A stretch of 64,000 nucleotides of DNA, taken from contig LCIL01000002.1 in the NCBI GenBank assembly GCA_001001045.1, positions 9,127 to 73,126 of the forward strand, in the 5' to 3' direction. The first letter of the stretch is position 1; each line of letters starts with the position of its first letter. This document shows, piece by piece, positions 38,171 through 48,142 of this stretch. The notes under the pieces are model-generated. The model searched no databases, was not told where the DNA came from, and worked only from the letters and a program-made list of their open reading frames with translations. The translations under genes were made by a program, and so were the position numbers. This DNA is from Candidatus Woesebacteria bacterium GW2011_GWA1_44_23 (GTDB lineage: Bacteria > Patescibacteriota > Microgenomatia > UBA8517).

Positions 38171-38683
38171 TTACTTAATATTACACTCTTTAAACGACTG
38201 ATCAATCGCATCAATTATCATCTCAACCCGCTCCCCCGCCTCGGGAAGGGTAACTGCGTTTTTTTCATTAGGAAACCAATGGAAAGTCAGATTTCTCGAG
38301 AGTCTCCAAGCATCCCAAAGTTTTTCGGCAAGGCCCTCCCCTTGGCAATGTTGAACTATTTTGTCGTATACCCCGACACGCCTGAGCTCCTTGGGCAGGG
38401 ACGGGTTTAAAGCTTTTCCGATTCTAAAGTGTTTGCCATAATAATCTTCTTCCGTAATAAAATTCAAGTCAAAAAAAAGCTTTTTTAAAAATCCTTCATA
38501 GGCTTTTGCCGCAGGAAAAACAACAAACGAATAATCACTAAATTCCCTTTTCCCACCCGGTAAATCTACTCCCCAACTCTCAACGGCTCTGTAAATAAAT
38601 TCGGAGGTTGCCAGAAGTTTTTGAAGATCGCTGCCCAGGTAGCCCCACCAAGGTCTTTTTTCAAGCTGTTCAATCGTTTCCAT
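38171..38683 (-). CDS. HEPN-like protein resembling the RnlA/LsoA (RNase LS) C-terminal domain
   Basis: DYSFVVFPAAKAYEGFLKK and RNLTFH (RxxxxH) motifs. Confidence 0.6.
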   Translation of the reverse strand: METIEQLEKRPWWGYLGSDLQKLLATSEFIYRAVESWGVDLPGGKREFSDYSFVVFPAAKAYEGFLKKLFFDLNFITEEDYYGKHFRIGKALNPSLPKELRRVGVYDKIVQHCQGEGLAEKLWDAWRLSRNLTFHWFPNEKNAVTLPEAGERVEMIIDAIDQSFKECNIK

Positions 38684-38747
38684 CCGAAGTTAATTGTACC
38701 AAAAAAATTTGCGGTATACTTAATATGCAGTATAATCTCCCTTCCTT

Positions 38748-40979
38748 ATGAAAAAAAAGAAAAAAGTATTTTTCCGAATCACCTCCAAACTTAGGCCACT
38801 TTATACAACAAAAAAGGGTGTAAAAGGACTAATTTATTGGGGAATCGTATTTGTTGTAGGGGTTTACCTCTTTTGGGGTATTCCCCTACCAACTCGTCTG
38901 TCCTCAGCCCCCATTCCCGTCTCAACAAAAATTTTTGACCGGAACGGGAAACTTATCTACGAAATATATACCGATAAGAAAAGGACTCCTATTAAACTCA
39001 GTGAAGTACCCGAATACATGAAAGAGGCGACAATATCGATTGAAGACAAGGACTTTTATAAACACCAGGGACTTTCATATACGGGAATTATTCGTGCGAT
39101 TTTTAATACCATTTTCAAACATGAGCTTCAGGGCGGTTCTACTATTACCCAACAATTGATTAAAAATTCACTTCTGACCGACGAGAGAACAATCCGGCGC
39201 AAAGCCCAGGAACTAGTTTTAACTATGATTGTGGAAGGAATCTATTCAAAAAATCAAATCTTGGAAATGTATCTAAATGCCATACCCTATGGAGGAACCT
39301 CATACGGAGTTGAAACAGCCAGCGAAACCTATTTTGGAAAACCTGTAAAAGATCTTAGTCTCGCCCAATCGGCACTTTTGGCAGGGCTACCTCAAAGACC
39401 TTCTACTTATTCTCCGTTTGGGGCTCATCCGGAACTTGCAAAAAGCCGTCAGGAAGAAGTACTTAAACAAATGGTTGCCAATAAATATATTACTCAGGAT
39501 GATTCAGATAAAGCCGATAAAGAACCTCTAACTTATGCGTCAATTAACCCTCCACAAGCCCCCCATTTTGCTCTTTGGATTAAGGAGCAACTTGCCAACA
39601 AATACGGGGATAAAACAGTGGAACAAGGAGGTCTTAGGGTGTACACGACACTTGATCTCGATATTCAAAATTTCGCCCAACTTGCAGTCGCCACGGAGGT
39701 CGGCAAACTTAAAAAACAAAAAGTCGGGAACGGTGCCACCATCGTCACCCGGCCGGGAACCGGAGAAATTTTGGCAATGGTCGGCTCAAAAGATTACTTC
39801 GCAACCGACGAGGACGGAAACGTAAATGTTACTATTGCCTCACGTCAACCCGGAAGTTCTATTAAACCTCTCAATTATGCCCTTGCCTTAAAAAACCAAA
39901 AAATTACTCCCGCGACAGCAATTGCTGATGTGCCAACTTGTTTCAGTGTAGCGGGACAACCGGCTTATTGCCCTGTCAATTATGACGGGGGTTTCCACGG
40001 ACTGGTTGAGGTAAGATTCGCGCTGGGTAATTCATACAATATTCCCGCTGTTAAAGTTTTGGCATTAAACGGAATCGATAATTATATTGCCTTTTTAAAA
40101 CAGATGGGTCTAACCACCTTAACTGAACCTAAAGACTACGGATTATCTGCAACTTTGGGGGGAATTCTTGTGAGGCCCTATGATATGGCGGTTGCATTTG
40201 GAGTTTTTGCTAATCAGGGAATCGAACAACCGTTAATTGCAGTAACCAAAGTTATGGACTGGAAAGGCAACACCCTGGAGGAATCGGATCCGACAAAAAA
40301 TACCCTTACCGGTATTCGTGTTTTGGAACCGGCGGTAACTTTCCTAATCTCCCATATACTTTACGACAACAATGCTAGAAGTGCGGCATTTGGCCCCTCA
40401 TCTTATTTAAATGTTTCCGGACATCCCGAAGTATCAGTCAAAACGGGAACTACAAACGACAGGCGCGACAACTGGACGATCGGCTACACCGCAGACGCGG
40501 TCGTTGTCACTTGGGTCGGAAATAACGACAACACTCCCATGGGCGGAGCCGTCTCGGGGGTATCTGGGGCTTCTCCCATCTGGAATAAAATAATGAAAGC
40601 GGTCCTAGATAAAGCAGAAAAGGGCGCTTACGATCCCGCCACAAAAGGGCATGCATGGCCAAAACAACCCGATGGAGTAGTAGGTGCTACAATCTGTTCC
40701 GACACGGGAGGGTCTCCACCATCCCAAGATCCGGGCAATCCGGGGTGTCCCACTAGATTTGAATACTTTTTGAGCGGAACCGTGCCGGGAACAACAAATA
40801 TAGTTAATCAGGATGTATTTATTAATAATGCGACAGGCCAGCTTGCCATATCCTCTGATCCTCCTGACCAAATCCATACCGAAAATAAACCTACCTATAC
40901 CGACCCTAACGGAACTCTCTATTGCCTGACGTGCCCGATGGCTTCTACTTCAGCAACCATCAGATATCCTCTCTATTAA
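38748..40979 (+). CDS. Bifunctional penicillin-binding protein (class A, PBP1A-like)
   Basis: EDKDFYKH, GGSTITQQL, RK.QE, PGSSIK, SYN, KTGT. Confidence 0.93.
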   Translation: MKKKKKVFFRITSKLRPLYTTKKGVKGLIYWGIVFVVGVYLFWGIPLPTRLSSAPIPVSTKIFDRNGKLIYEIYTDKKRTPIKLSEVPEYMKEATISIEDKDFYKHQGLSYTGIIRAIFNTIFKHELQGGSTITQQLIKNSLLTDERTIRRKAQELVLTMIVEGIYSKNQILEMYLNAIPYGGTSYGVETASETYFGKPVKDLSLAQSALLAGLPQRPSTYSPFGAHPELAKSRQEEVLKQMVANKYITQDDSDKADKEPLTYASINPPQAPHFALWIKEQLANKYGDKTVEQGGLRVYTTLDLDIQNFAQLAVATEVGKLKKQKVGNGATIVTRPGTGEILAMVGSKDYFATDEDGNVNVTIASRQPGSSIKPLNYALALKNQKITPATAIADVPTCFSVAGQPAYCPVNYDGGFHGLVEVRFALGNSYNIPAVKVLALNGIDNYIAFLKQMGLTTLTEPKDYGLSATLGGILVRPYDMAVAFGVFANQGIEQPLIAVTKVMDWKGNTLEESDPTKNTLTGIRVLEPAVTFLISHILYDNNARSAAFGPSSYLNVSGHPEVSVKTGTTNDRRDNWTIGYTADAVVVTWVGNNDNTPMGGAVSGVSGASPIWNKIMKAVLDKAEKGAYDPATKGHAWPKQPDGVVGATICSDTGGSPPSQDPGNPGCPTRFEYFLSGTVPGTTNIVNQDVFINNATGQLAISSDPPDQIHTENKPTYTDPNGTLYCLTCPMASTSATIRYPLY

Positions 40980-41024
40980 TCTAGCCTGTCTTTCCTTTCA
41001 ATTTACTGCTACAATTCGCGACAA

Positions 41025-43382
41025 ATGATCAAAGCTGTTAAACGCGTATTGATCCTAACCGGCAGGCCTGTCTACTTCGTCCTGTCCCAAGCGGCTCTCG
41101 GCCTGGCCCTGCTTTCCCATGCAATAAGCCAATGGGATAAAAAACGAAAGAAAACAAAAGTTATTTATAGGAGCTTCAATTTCCCTAAATTAAAATTCCC
41201 GAGGCTAACTCTACCTAAATTCGAATTTCCGTCGGTTGGTCCCACGTTTAAACTTAAGGAGCTGCGATTTACCCTTCTGGAACTAAAAGTTTTATCCCGA
41301 ATTAAAAAAACCGCAGGGAGGCTCTCAAAAAAAATCCGTGCCCGCAAATTTAAACCAACCCTAAGATTAGTACTGCCGGTTTGTCTTCTTTTGTTCCTAA
41401 TGATTGCTTTTTATTTTTATATTTTACGGGGCCTTCCTTCCCCTAAAGAGCTTGACGCTCGGGAGCCTGAAGTTTCTACCAAAATATATGATCGAAACGG
41501 CAACCTTTTGTATAAAATCTATAAGGATCAGAATAGGAGCATTGTTCCCCTGACGCAAATTCCCATCCACGTCAGGCTTGCAACCCTGGCGGCAGAGGAT
41601 GCCGAATTTTACTCCCACCCGGGGTTTTCAATTAGGGGGATTTTTCGGGCCGTGGTCCAGGATCTTCAGACCGATTCTATTCAGGGCGGTTCCACCATCA
41701 CCCAACAGCTTGTCAAAAACACTCTTCTTACTCCGGAAAAAACCATTACCCGTAAGATAAAGGAACTGATCCTATCTATCGAGGTCGAGGCGAACTACAC
41801 CAAAGACCAAATATTGGAGATGTATCTTAACGAGGTGAGCTACGGAGGAACCGCGTATGGGATTCAGGAAGCTTCCGAATCATATTTCGGTAAAGATGTG
41901 GGAAGCCTTGACCTGGCAGAAGCGGCACTTTTGGCGGGGTTGCCCAGAAGCCCCACTACATATTCCCCCTTCGGTCCGAATCCAACCCTTGCCATGGAAA
42001 GACAAAAAGAGGTGCTCCACCTTATGCAGGTGAATAAATATATTACAGTCGATCAGGAAGTTGCGGCGGCGAATGAAAGACTAACTTTTAAGCCAAATAA
42101 AACCGAGATTAGAGCTCCTCATTTTGTAATGTATATTAGACAGCTGCTTGTGAATAAATACGGTGAGGACATGGTCGAAAAAGGAGGACTTGAAGTAACT
42201 ACCAGTCTTGACCTCCCCATTCAGGTAATGGCAGAGCAGGTAGTACAGTCTGAGGTTGAAAAACTCAGGGGGCTCCATGTTGGAAACGGATCAGCCGTCG
42301 TGGTAAACCCGCAAACGGGCGAGATTCTTGCTATGGTCGGGTCAAAAAATTATTTTGATATTGCCAATGACGGAAACGTTAACGTGACAACAAGCCTTAG
42401 ACAACCCGGCTCATCAATTAAGGTGGTCAATTACGCATACGCTCTAGCAAACGGTTATACTCCCGCCACGATAATTGATGATTCTCCTATCACATACGTA
42501 ACCCCCGGCACTACCCCTTACTCCCCTGTCAATTATGACGGACAATTTAAAGGAAGGGTTCCTCTTAGAAGCGCCCTTGCTCAAAGCCGCAATATACCGG
42601 CAGTAAAAGTTTTGGCCTCTTACGGTGTAGCTAAAATGATTGAGGAGGGACAAAAAATGGGAATCACAACTTGGACGGATCCTTCCAATTACGGCTTGTC
42701 ATTAACTCTGGGAGGGGGGGCGGTAACCGCACTCGATTTATCAAAAGTTTACTCAACGATTGCCAATTACGGAAAACGTCCCGAACCTTTACCTATTTTA
42801 TCGGTAAAGGATTACAGGGGCAGAACTTTGGAAAAAAATAGTCCCGAAACTTCCGATGTTATCGACCCCAGAGTTGCCTTTATCCTTACCGATATCCTGA
42901 AAGATAACGGAGCCCGTGCGCCGGAATTCGGACTAGCCTCTTACCTTGTAATCAAAAATCATCCTGAAGTTGCGGTAAAAACCGGAACCAGTAACGACCT
43001 GAGGGATAACTGGACCGCCGGATACAACCAAAACTACCTCGTGGTAACCTGGGTTGGTAACAATGACAATTCCCCCATGAGCCGTATCGCCTCGGGTGTT
43101 ACGGGAGCCTCTCCCATTTGGAATAAAATTATGTCGGCAATTTTAAGCGAAAAACCCTCCATTGATTGGAAAGTGCCCGACGGAGTGAGTAAAGTAAATA
43201 TCTGTTCCATCACGGGAACTTTGCCCTGCAATGACTGCCCGACAAAACAGGAATGGTTCTTTGATGAAAATAAACCGACTAAATACTGCACTACTGAGCA
43301 AATTCAAAAAATATTGAGCCCTTCCCCAATCCCCGGTCAAAATATTCTTGATAGCGGGGCAAACACACGGTTTACACGCTAA
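41025..43382 (+). CDS. Bifunctional penicillin-binding protein (class A, PBP1A-like), paralogue
   Basis: EDAEFYSH, GGSTITQQL, RKIKE, PGSSIK, SRN, KTGT. Confidence 0.93.
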   Translation: MIKAVKRVLILTGRPVYFVLSQAALGLALLSHAISQWDKKRKKTKVIYRSFNFPKLKFPRLTLPKFEFPSVGPTFKLKELRFTLLELKVLSRIKKTAGRLSKKIRARKFKPTLRLVLPVCLLLFLMIAFYFYILRGLPSPKELDAREPEVSTKIYDRNGNLLYKIYKDQNRSIVPLTQIPIHVRLATLAAEDAEFYSHPGFSIRGIFRAVVQDLQTDSIQGGSTITQQLVKNTLLTPEKTITRKIKELILSIEVEANYTKDQILEMYLNEVSYGGTAYGIQEASESYFGKDVGSLDLAEAALLAGLPRSPTTYSPFGPNPTLAMERQKEVLHLMQVNKYITVDQEVAAANERLTFKPNKTEIRAPHFVMYIRQLLVNKYGEDMVEKGGLEVTTSLDLPIQVMAEQVVQSEVEKLRGLHVGNGSAVVVNPQTGEILAMVGSKNYFDIANDGNVNVTTSLRQPGSSIKVVNYAYALANGYTPATIIDDSPITYVTPGTTPYSPVNYDGQFKGRVPLRSALAQSRNIPAVKVLASYGVAKMIEEGQKMGITTWTDPSNYGLSLTLGGGAVTALDLSKVYSTIANYGKRPEPLPILSVKDYRGRTLEKNSPETSDVIDPRVAFILTDILKDNGARAPEFGLASYLVIKNHPEVAVKTGTSNDLRDNWTAGYNQNYLVVTWVGNNDNSPMSRIASGVTGASPIWNKIMSAILSEKPSIDWKVPDGVSKVNICSITGTLPCNDCPTKQEWFFDENKPTKYCTTEQIQKILSPSPIPGQNILDSGANTRFTR

Positions 43383-44037
43383 GTTCCCTGTAAAGAAGAT
43401 ACAAAGGCAGCATATAAAGCCCTCCAGAAAGACTATTGACAACCGACCCCACCCCGTAAGGAACCATGCTTAAAATTATTTGAATAATCACCGTGAACAT
43501 GCCAAAAACTATTAACCTCCCAAGGACTTCCCAATAGACCCCTTTTACCAATTGTCTGCTTTTTAACAAAGACAATTTCACTCCTGTGTTTTTTTCAACC
43601 ATCACAAATCGGCTGAAAGCAAACCAAACAATAAAAAGCAGCCCTGGAACGATCAGAAGTATAAAACCAAATAAGTAAGCCAGGGTAAGAACGGTGCTCA
43701 AAAGGAGAAACGCCCAATAAACTTTCCAGGCAGACATAAAAGTTTTTTTGACCGAAAGTTCCTCCCCCTCGGCAACTTTTCTCAAGGCTATTATCCCCGA
43801 TACTGTAGTGAATGCTCCTACCAAAAGAGAAAGCACTTGCAAAACCCCCAACCCCAGGCTAAACCATGAGACACTTGTGTCTGCAACTGACACCGGAAGA
43901 TAATTTTGGATTCCTGAAAGGATTGAAAACGGCAAAAGGGGTAAATAAATTTTAACCAGAAAGTAAAAATTTTCCTTCTTTGCAAAAATATTAACGGCCT
44001 TTTTTATTAAACCAAAGGGTGACGAAAGTTTTTGCAT
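43372..44037 (-). CDS. Integral membrane protein
   Basis: Several TM helices; G.ILLIVPG...S..LVKG..W pattern. Confidence 0.7.
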   Translation of the reverse strand: MQKLSSPFGLIKKAVNIFAKKENFYFLVKIYLPLLPFSILSGIQNYLPVSVADTSVSWFSLGLGVLQVLSLLVGAFTTVSGIIALRKVAEGEELSVKKTFMSAWKVYWAFLLLSTVLTLAYLFGFILLIVPGLLFIVWFAFSRFVMVEKNTGVKLSLLKSRQLVKGVYWEVLGRLIVFGMFTVIIQIILSMVPYGVGSVVNSLSGGLYMLPLYLLYRELSV

Positions 44038-44038
44038 A

Positions 44039-44383
44039 TCATTCCCTACCGACTATTATAGTTTCCTCTTTGAATATATTCAAAGAGTTGATGTCAAATT
44101 CCGGCAAATTCAACCGTAGCGTGTTTTTGCCCGCTGCACCGAAGGCCAGTATAGCCGAGACGATTGCCGTGACAACCAAGACTATCAGAACAACCATTCT
44201 TTCCTTCTTTCCCCAAGGCTTTGGGGGCTCTTTTCTCTTTTTTTTGTTCTGGGGTTTAAGATCCCGAAAATTTTTTGTAAATTTTTTGTCCCCCCTGCCG
44301 AATTCCCCATCAAATTCATCCTCGTCAGAATAATCGCCTCTGGCGTCAAATTCTTCATTTTTCTTCCTTCCAAAAAGTGCCAT
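44039..44383 (-). CDS. Single-TM hypothetical protein
   Basis: Acidic then basic N-terminus and one TM; tight operon spacing. Confidence 0.65.
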   Translation of the reverse strand: MALFGRKKNEEFDARGDYSDEDEFDGEFGRGDKKFTKNFRDLKPQNKKKRKEPPKPWGKKERMVVLIVLVVTAIVSAILAFGAAGKNTLRLNLPEFDINSLNIFKEETIIVGRE

Positions 44384-44392
44384 AAGAGGTAT

Positions 44393-45400
44393 TTATTTTC
44401 TCCGTGTTTCCCAAACTTTTCCATCGATCATATTTTGGGGTTTGATTCCGCTTGCAACATCAAGAATCGCCGCCACTGACTGTTCCCCCATTTTTTGTCT
44501 TGCCTCCACGGTCGCCGAAGCAATGTGCGGAGTCATAATGACATTTGGCATGGATAAAAGCTTGGCGCTGATATTCGGTTCGCTTTCAAAAACATCCAAT
44601 GCCGCACCTCCTAATCTCCCGCAGTCCAGCGCTTCTATCAAGTCACTTTCATCAACAATGGGTCCCCTCGCGGTATTGACCAAGTAAGACCCCTGCTTCA
44701 TCTTTCCTAAAGTATCTTTGTTGATCATTCCCCGGGTCTCACCTGTCAAGGGAACATGAAGTGACACAAAGTCCGATGCGGTCAGAAGTTCGTCAAGGGT
44801 AACAAACTTTATTCCAAGTTCCTTTTCCGCCTCCGGATCCTGTTCGTGTTTGTTATAAAGGACTGTAAGATCATACCCCTTGGCACGCCTCGCCACCATC
44901 GAACCGATCCTGCCCAAGCCGATTATCCCCAACGTCTTACCTTTTACCGCAGGACCTAAAAATAAATCCGGCTCCCAGCCCCTGTATCCGCCGGAACCGG
45001 CAAAATAGCCCTGATTTCTGACAAATTCGTCAGATTCTACAACTCTTCTTGCCAGGGCCAAAACCAAAGCCCAAGTATGTTCAGCAACAGCTTCGTTCAC
45101 CTCATCACTTGGAGTGTTCGTTACTATTATTCCTCTGTCCTTCGCCGCCTCAACATCAATATTGTCAAACCCCACCGCGTAGTTAGAGATCATTTTAAGC
45201 TGCGGGCCAATTGCATCCATCAAATCGGCGTCAATCCGGTCAGTCAAAAGTGAGAGGAGTGCATCAACTCCCCTTGATTTTTCCAAAAGTTCTTCAGGAG
45301 TAAGCGGTCTATCAAATTCCGAGATGATGACTTCATTACCGTCAATTTTCAGTTTTTCTAAACTATTACCTGGAATCTTTCTGGTAACAAAAATTTTCAT
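44393..45400 (-). CDS. D-2-hydroxyacid dehydrogenase (glyoxylate reductase/D-glycerate dehydrogenase-like)
   Basis: AVGFDNID, GLGRIG, NTARG, LDVFESEP, PHIAS. Confidence 0.9.
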   Translation of the reverse strand: MKIFVTRKIPGNSLEKLKIDGNEVIISEFDRPLTPEELLEKSRGVDALLSLLTDRIDADLMDAIGPQLKMISNYAVGFDNIDVEAAKDRGIIVTNTPSDEVNEAVAEHTWALVLALARRVVESDEFVRNQGYFAGSGGYRGWEPDLFLGPAVKGKTLGIIGLGRIGSMVARRAKGYDLTVLYNKHEQDPEAEKELGIKFVTLDELLTASDFVSLHVPLTGETRGMINKDTLGKMKQGSYLVNTARGPIVDESDLIEALDCGRLGGAALDVFESEPNISAKLLSMPNVIMTPHIASATVEARQKMGEQSVAAILDVASGIKPQNMIDGKVWETRRK

Positions 45401-45403
45401 CGG

Positions 45404-46402
45404 TTAAAATTGTACAACACCCACACCGCTGCTTTTACATCTCGCCAGCCAGGAGTCCATTTCATTAAGTTTTAGAAGTCCCTTTTGGCTGCCGGTGTAG
45501 CCTATCACCGAAGCCGAGTTGCAAGTTCCCCAAAGCAAAGCCTCATCAAGAGATTTACCGTGAATAAGAGCTGAGAGCGCTCCGCTTCCAAAGGCGTCCC
45601 CCGCCCCTGTTCTTTCATATGCATCAACCGGCAGAGTCCCCATCTTCAAAAACCTCCCATTCACACTATCGTAAGCAAAAGATCCCACTCCCCCGTCTGT
45701 AATAATGCAGACTTTTGGACCGATTTTATTTAAAGCGATTAAAAGATCTCTTTCTTTTTCCGCCGAATCCCCAAAACCCGTCAGTTTTTCCGCTTCTTCC
45801 CGATTTACGTAAATCAGGTAGGTTGAATTCATTACTTCTCGAAACGCCTCAAGCCCGCTTCTAAGTTGCCAGCTACCGGGGTTAAATACAAGCTTAGTAG
45901 AGGGATTTTTCTTTAGCCACTCGATAAAGTGGTTGTAAAAGGGTCTGAAACTTTCACCCATCGAAGTCAGATAAACCCAGGGCGCCAGGGGAAGTTTGAC
46001 GGGAAATTCATAACTTCTCGGGGCATGGTAAACAAAAATTGTACGCTCACCCGAATAGTTAATTATTGTTGAATAATTGGACGTGGTCCCCGGCTGCTGG
46101 ATTATATAAGTAGGATCCACCCCTTCTTCCTTCAAACGGGAGACTATCATTTCCCCGACGCTGTCTTGGCCCAGCGTTAGAACTATAGAGGACACCACCC
46201 CTAACCTTCTCGTGCCTACGGCATTATTGGCGGCATTGCCTCCAATCGAAAATTCCAAATTTTTAACGGGGATTTTGTCTCCATAGGAAAATGCTATCAA
46301 ACACTCTTTTGTGTCTATCCGGCAAAGAGTTTCGCTCTCGACAGGAGTCATAAAAGTGTCTATGGTTGCATCCCCTATGCTTAATAAATCAATGTTTTCC
46401 AT
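45404..46402 (-). CDS. PfkB-family carbohydrate kinase
   Basis: GGNAANNA, NREE, TGAGDAF. Confidence 0.9.
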   Translation of the reverse strand: MENIDLLSIGDATIDTFMTPVESETLCRIDTKECLIAFSYGDKIPVKNLEFSIGGNAANNAVGTRRLGVVSSIVLTLGQDSVGEMIVSRLKEEGVDPTYIIQQPGTTSNYSTIINYSGERTIFVYHAPRSYEFPVKLPLAPWVYLTSMGESFRPFYNHFIEWLKKNPSTKLVFNPGSWQLRSGLEAFREVMNSTYLIYVNREEAEKLTGFGDSAEKERDLLIALNKIGPKVCIITDGGVGSFAYDSVNGRFLKMGTLPVDAYERTGAGDAFGSGALSALIHGKSLDEALLWGTCNSASVIGYTGSQKGLLKLNEMDSWLARCKSSGVGVVQF

Positions 46403-47365
46403 TTATAGCTCCCCCTTCCTCGCTTTCGAGACCTTTATCAATCTGTCTAAAAAGGTGTTCTGGGCATACTCAATGTTTTCATCTTTCCCCGACCACTGTC
46501 TCATGGTCTCCTCCTGTAATGCTCTTGAAAATGAAAATGAAAGGGGCCACGGACAATCCCCCCTCCTTTTGACAATCTCATTCAGATTATTTGTCGCCTC
46601 ATCGGGCGTTTGCCCTCCGGAAAGGAAGACTATTCCCCCAACTTCCGGCGGAACGGATTGCTTCAAAGAACGCAAGGTGACTTCTGCTACCTCGAGGGGC
46701 GCAGCTTTTACCCCACTGTCTTTACCAGGAAGAACCATATTTGTTTTTAGAATAAGATTTTTTAAATCAATACCGGCAATATTCAACTTTTCAAAAAGGA
46801 TCCGGCAGACTTTAACGGAAACTTCTGCGCAGCGCGTAGTCGTGTGATTGCCATCAAGTTGCACTTCGGGTTCTACAATAGGGGTAAACCCAGTGATCTG
46901 GGAGATTTTAGCAAATTGGGCCATTCTGTTTAAATCCTCCTCCAAAAATGCGTCTGTGGGAAAAATGTCCGATATTCTAACAGCTGCCCTCCATTTGGTA
47001 AATTTAAGACCGAGTACCGAATATTCTTTAAGCCGCGTATCGAGTCCATCCAGTCCTTTTGTAATTTGTTCTTCACTGCCGTTGAAGGATTCAAGCCCCC
47101 CGTCCACCTTAATTCCGGGAACAATGTCTTTTTCCTGAAGTATATTGTGTAAATTTTGCCGAACAGATTCGTCAAATAAAATTACTCCTCCCAAATAATT
47201 CTCAATTCCAGATGTGTTAAAAAGCATTTCTCTGTATTTTTTATTTAATTCGGGAGTTGAAGTTAAGCCCAACGTAGCAAATCTCTTCTCAATTGTATGT
47301 GTGCTCTCGTCGGCGGCGAGGATTCCCTTTCCCGGCGCAAAGAGTTTCTTAATCGTTTCTTCCAC
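46403..47365 (-). CDS. Fructose-bisphosphate aldolase class I (eukaryote-like family)
   Basis: GKGILAADES, GIKVD, KWR, PIVEPEV, LKTNMV, FLSGGQ, FSFSRALQ. Confidence 0.92.
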   Translation of the reverse strand: MEETIKKLFAPGKGILAADESTHTIEKRFATLGLTSTPELNKKYREMLFNTSGIENYLGGVILFDESVRQNLHNILQEKDIVPGIKVDGGLESFNGSEEQITKGLDGLDTRLKEYSVLGLKFTKWRAAVRISDIFPTDAFLEEDLNRMAQFAKISQITGFTPIVEPEVQLDGNHTTTRCAEVSVKVCRILFEKLNIAGIDLKNLILKTNMVLPGKDSGVKAAPLEVAEVTLRSLKQSVPPEVGGIVFLSGGQTPDEATNNLNEIVKRRGDCPWPLSFSFSRALQEETMRQWSGKDENIEYAQNTFLDRLIKVSKARKGEL

Positions 47366-47397
47366 GGCAGTTCATGATTAGTGTACAATATTTCTAT

Positions 47398-48142
47398 ATG
47401 GATCCCCAAGTCCCAGATGCCGAGCGGGTGGTGAGTGTTGAACCGAATCAAGCTACCGAATCACGAGTTGAAAGGCAACAAAGTCCCAGATGCCGAGCGG
47501 GTGGTGAGTGTTGAACCGAATCAAGCTACCGAATCACGAGTTGAAAGGCAACAACCCAAAGATAACCATTGGATTACAATTCTTGCCATGGCAACATTTG
47601 TCCTTTTTTCGCTTGGCGTTGTTGTCTTCCTTTATTATCAAAATCAACAACTTAAAAACATGCTCGCCTCTTTCCAACCGCAGACAATCCCTACTCCGAC
47701 AGTCCTCGCATCACCCTCCCCAAATGTTGAGACCCCCATCGTCTCCTCCCCTTCGGCAAATATGAAAGTAGCCAGTCCCTTAAAAATCACCGGCAAGGTA
47801 CCGGCCGGTTGGATGAATGAGGGGGTTTTCCCCATAAAACTTGTGGACGCCAACAAAAAATTGATTGTTCAAGGGCAGGCTAAGGAAAATGTGCCGGGAA
47901 CCTGGTTAAGCGGAAACTCGGTAAGTTTTACCGCAACTCTCACTTTTGATACCAATTCCGCGTCGGGCTTTTTAGTCCTGGAAAATGATAACCCGAGTGG
48001 AGATCCTGCCAATTCAAAAACATATGAAGTGCCTGTCAAATTTTCGGAAAACGTTGCCTGCACCCTAGACGCAAAACTTTGTCCTGATGGAAGCTATGTT
48101 TCAAGAACCGGGCCCAATTGTGAGTTTGCGCCCTGCCCATAA
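47398..48142 (+). pseudogene. Exported Gmad2-like Ig-domain protein with Cys-rich C-terminal motif, frameshifted by a 73-bp duplication
   Basis: ATG 47398 (MDPQVPDAERV...) goes out of frame after the duplication; the downstream frame gives a TM helix, P.....V.SPLKITG...W..EG.FPI and CTLDAKLCPDGS.V.R.GPNCEF..CP. Confidence 0.7.
47408..47553 (+). repeat. Exact 73-bp tandem duplication
   Basis: AAGTCCCAGATGCC...GAAAGGCAACA at 47408-47480 and 47481-47553. Confidence 0.95.

Noticed and set aside
47408-47553. Repeat as a CRISPR array
   Set aside because: Two abutting 73-bp copies, no spacers, no cas genes
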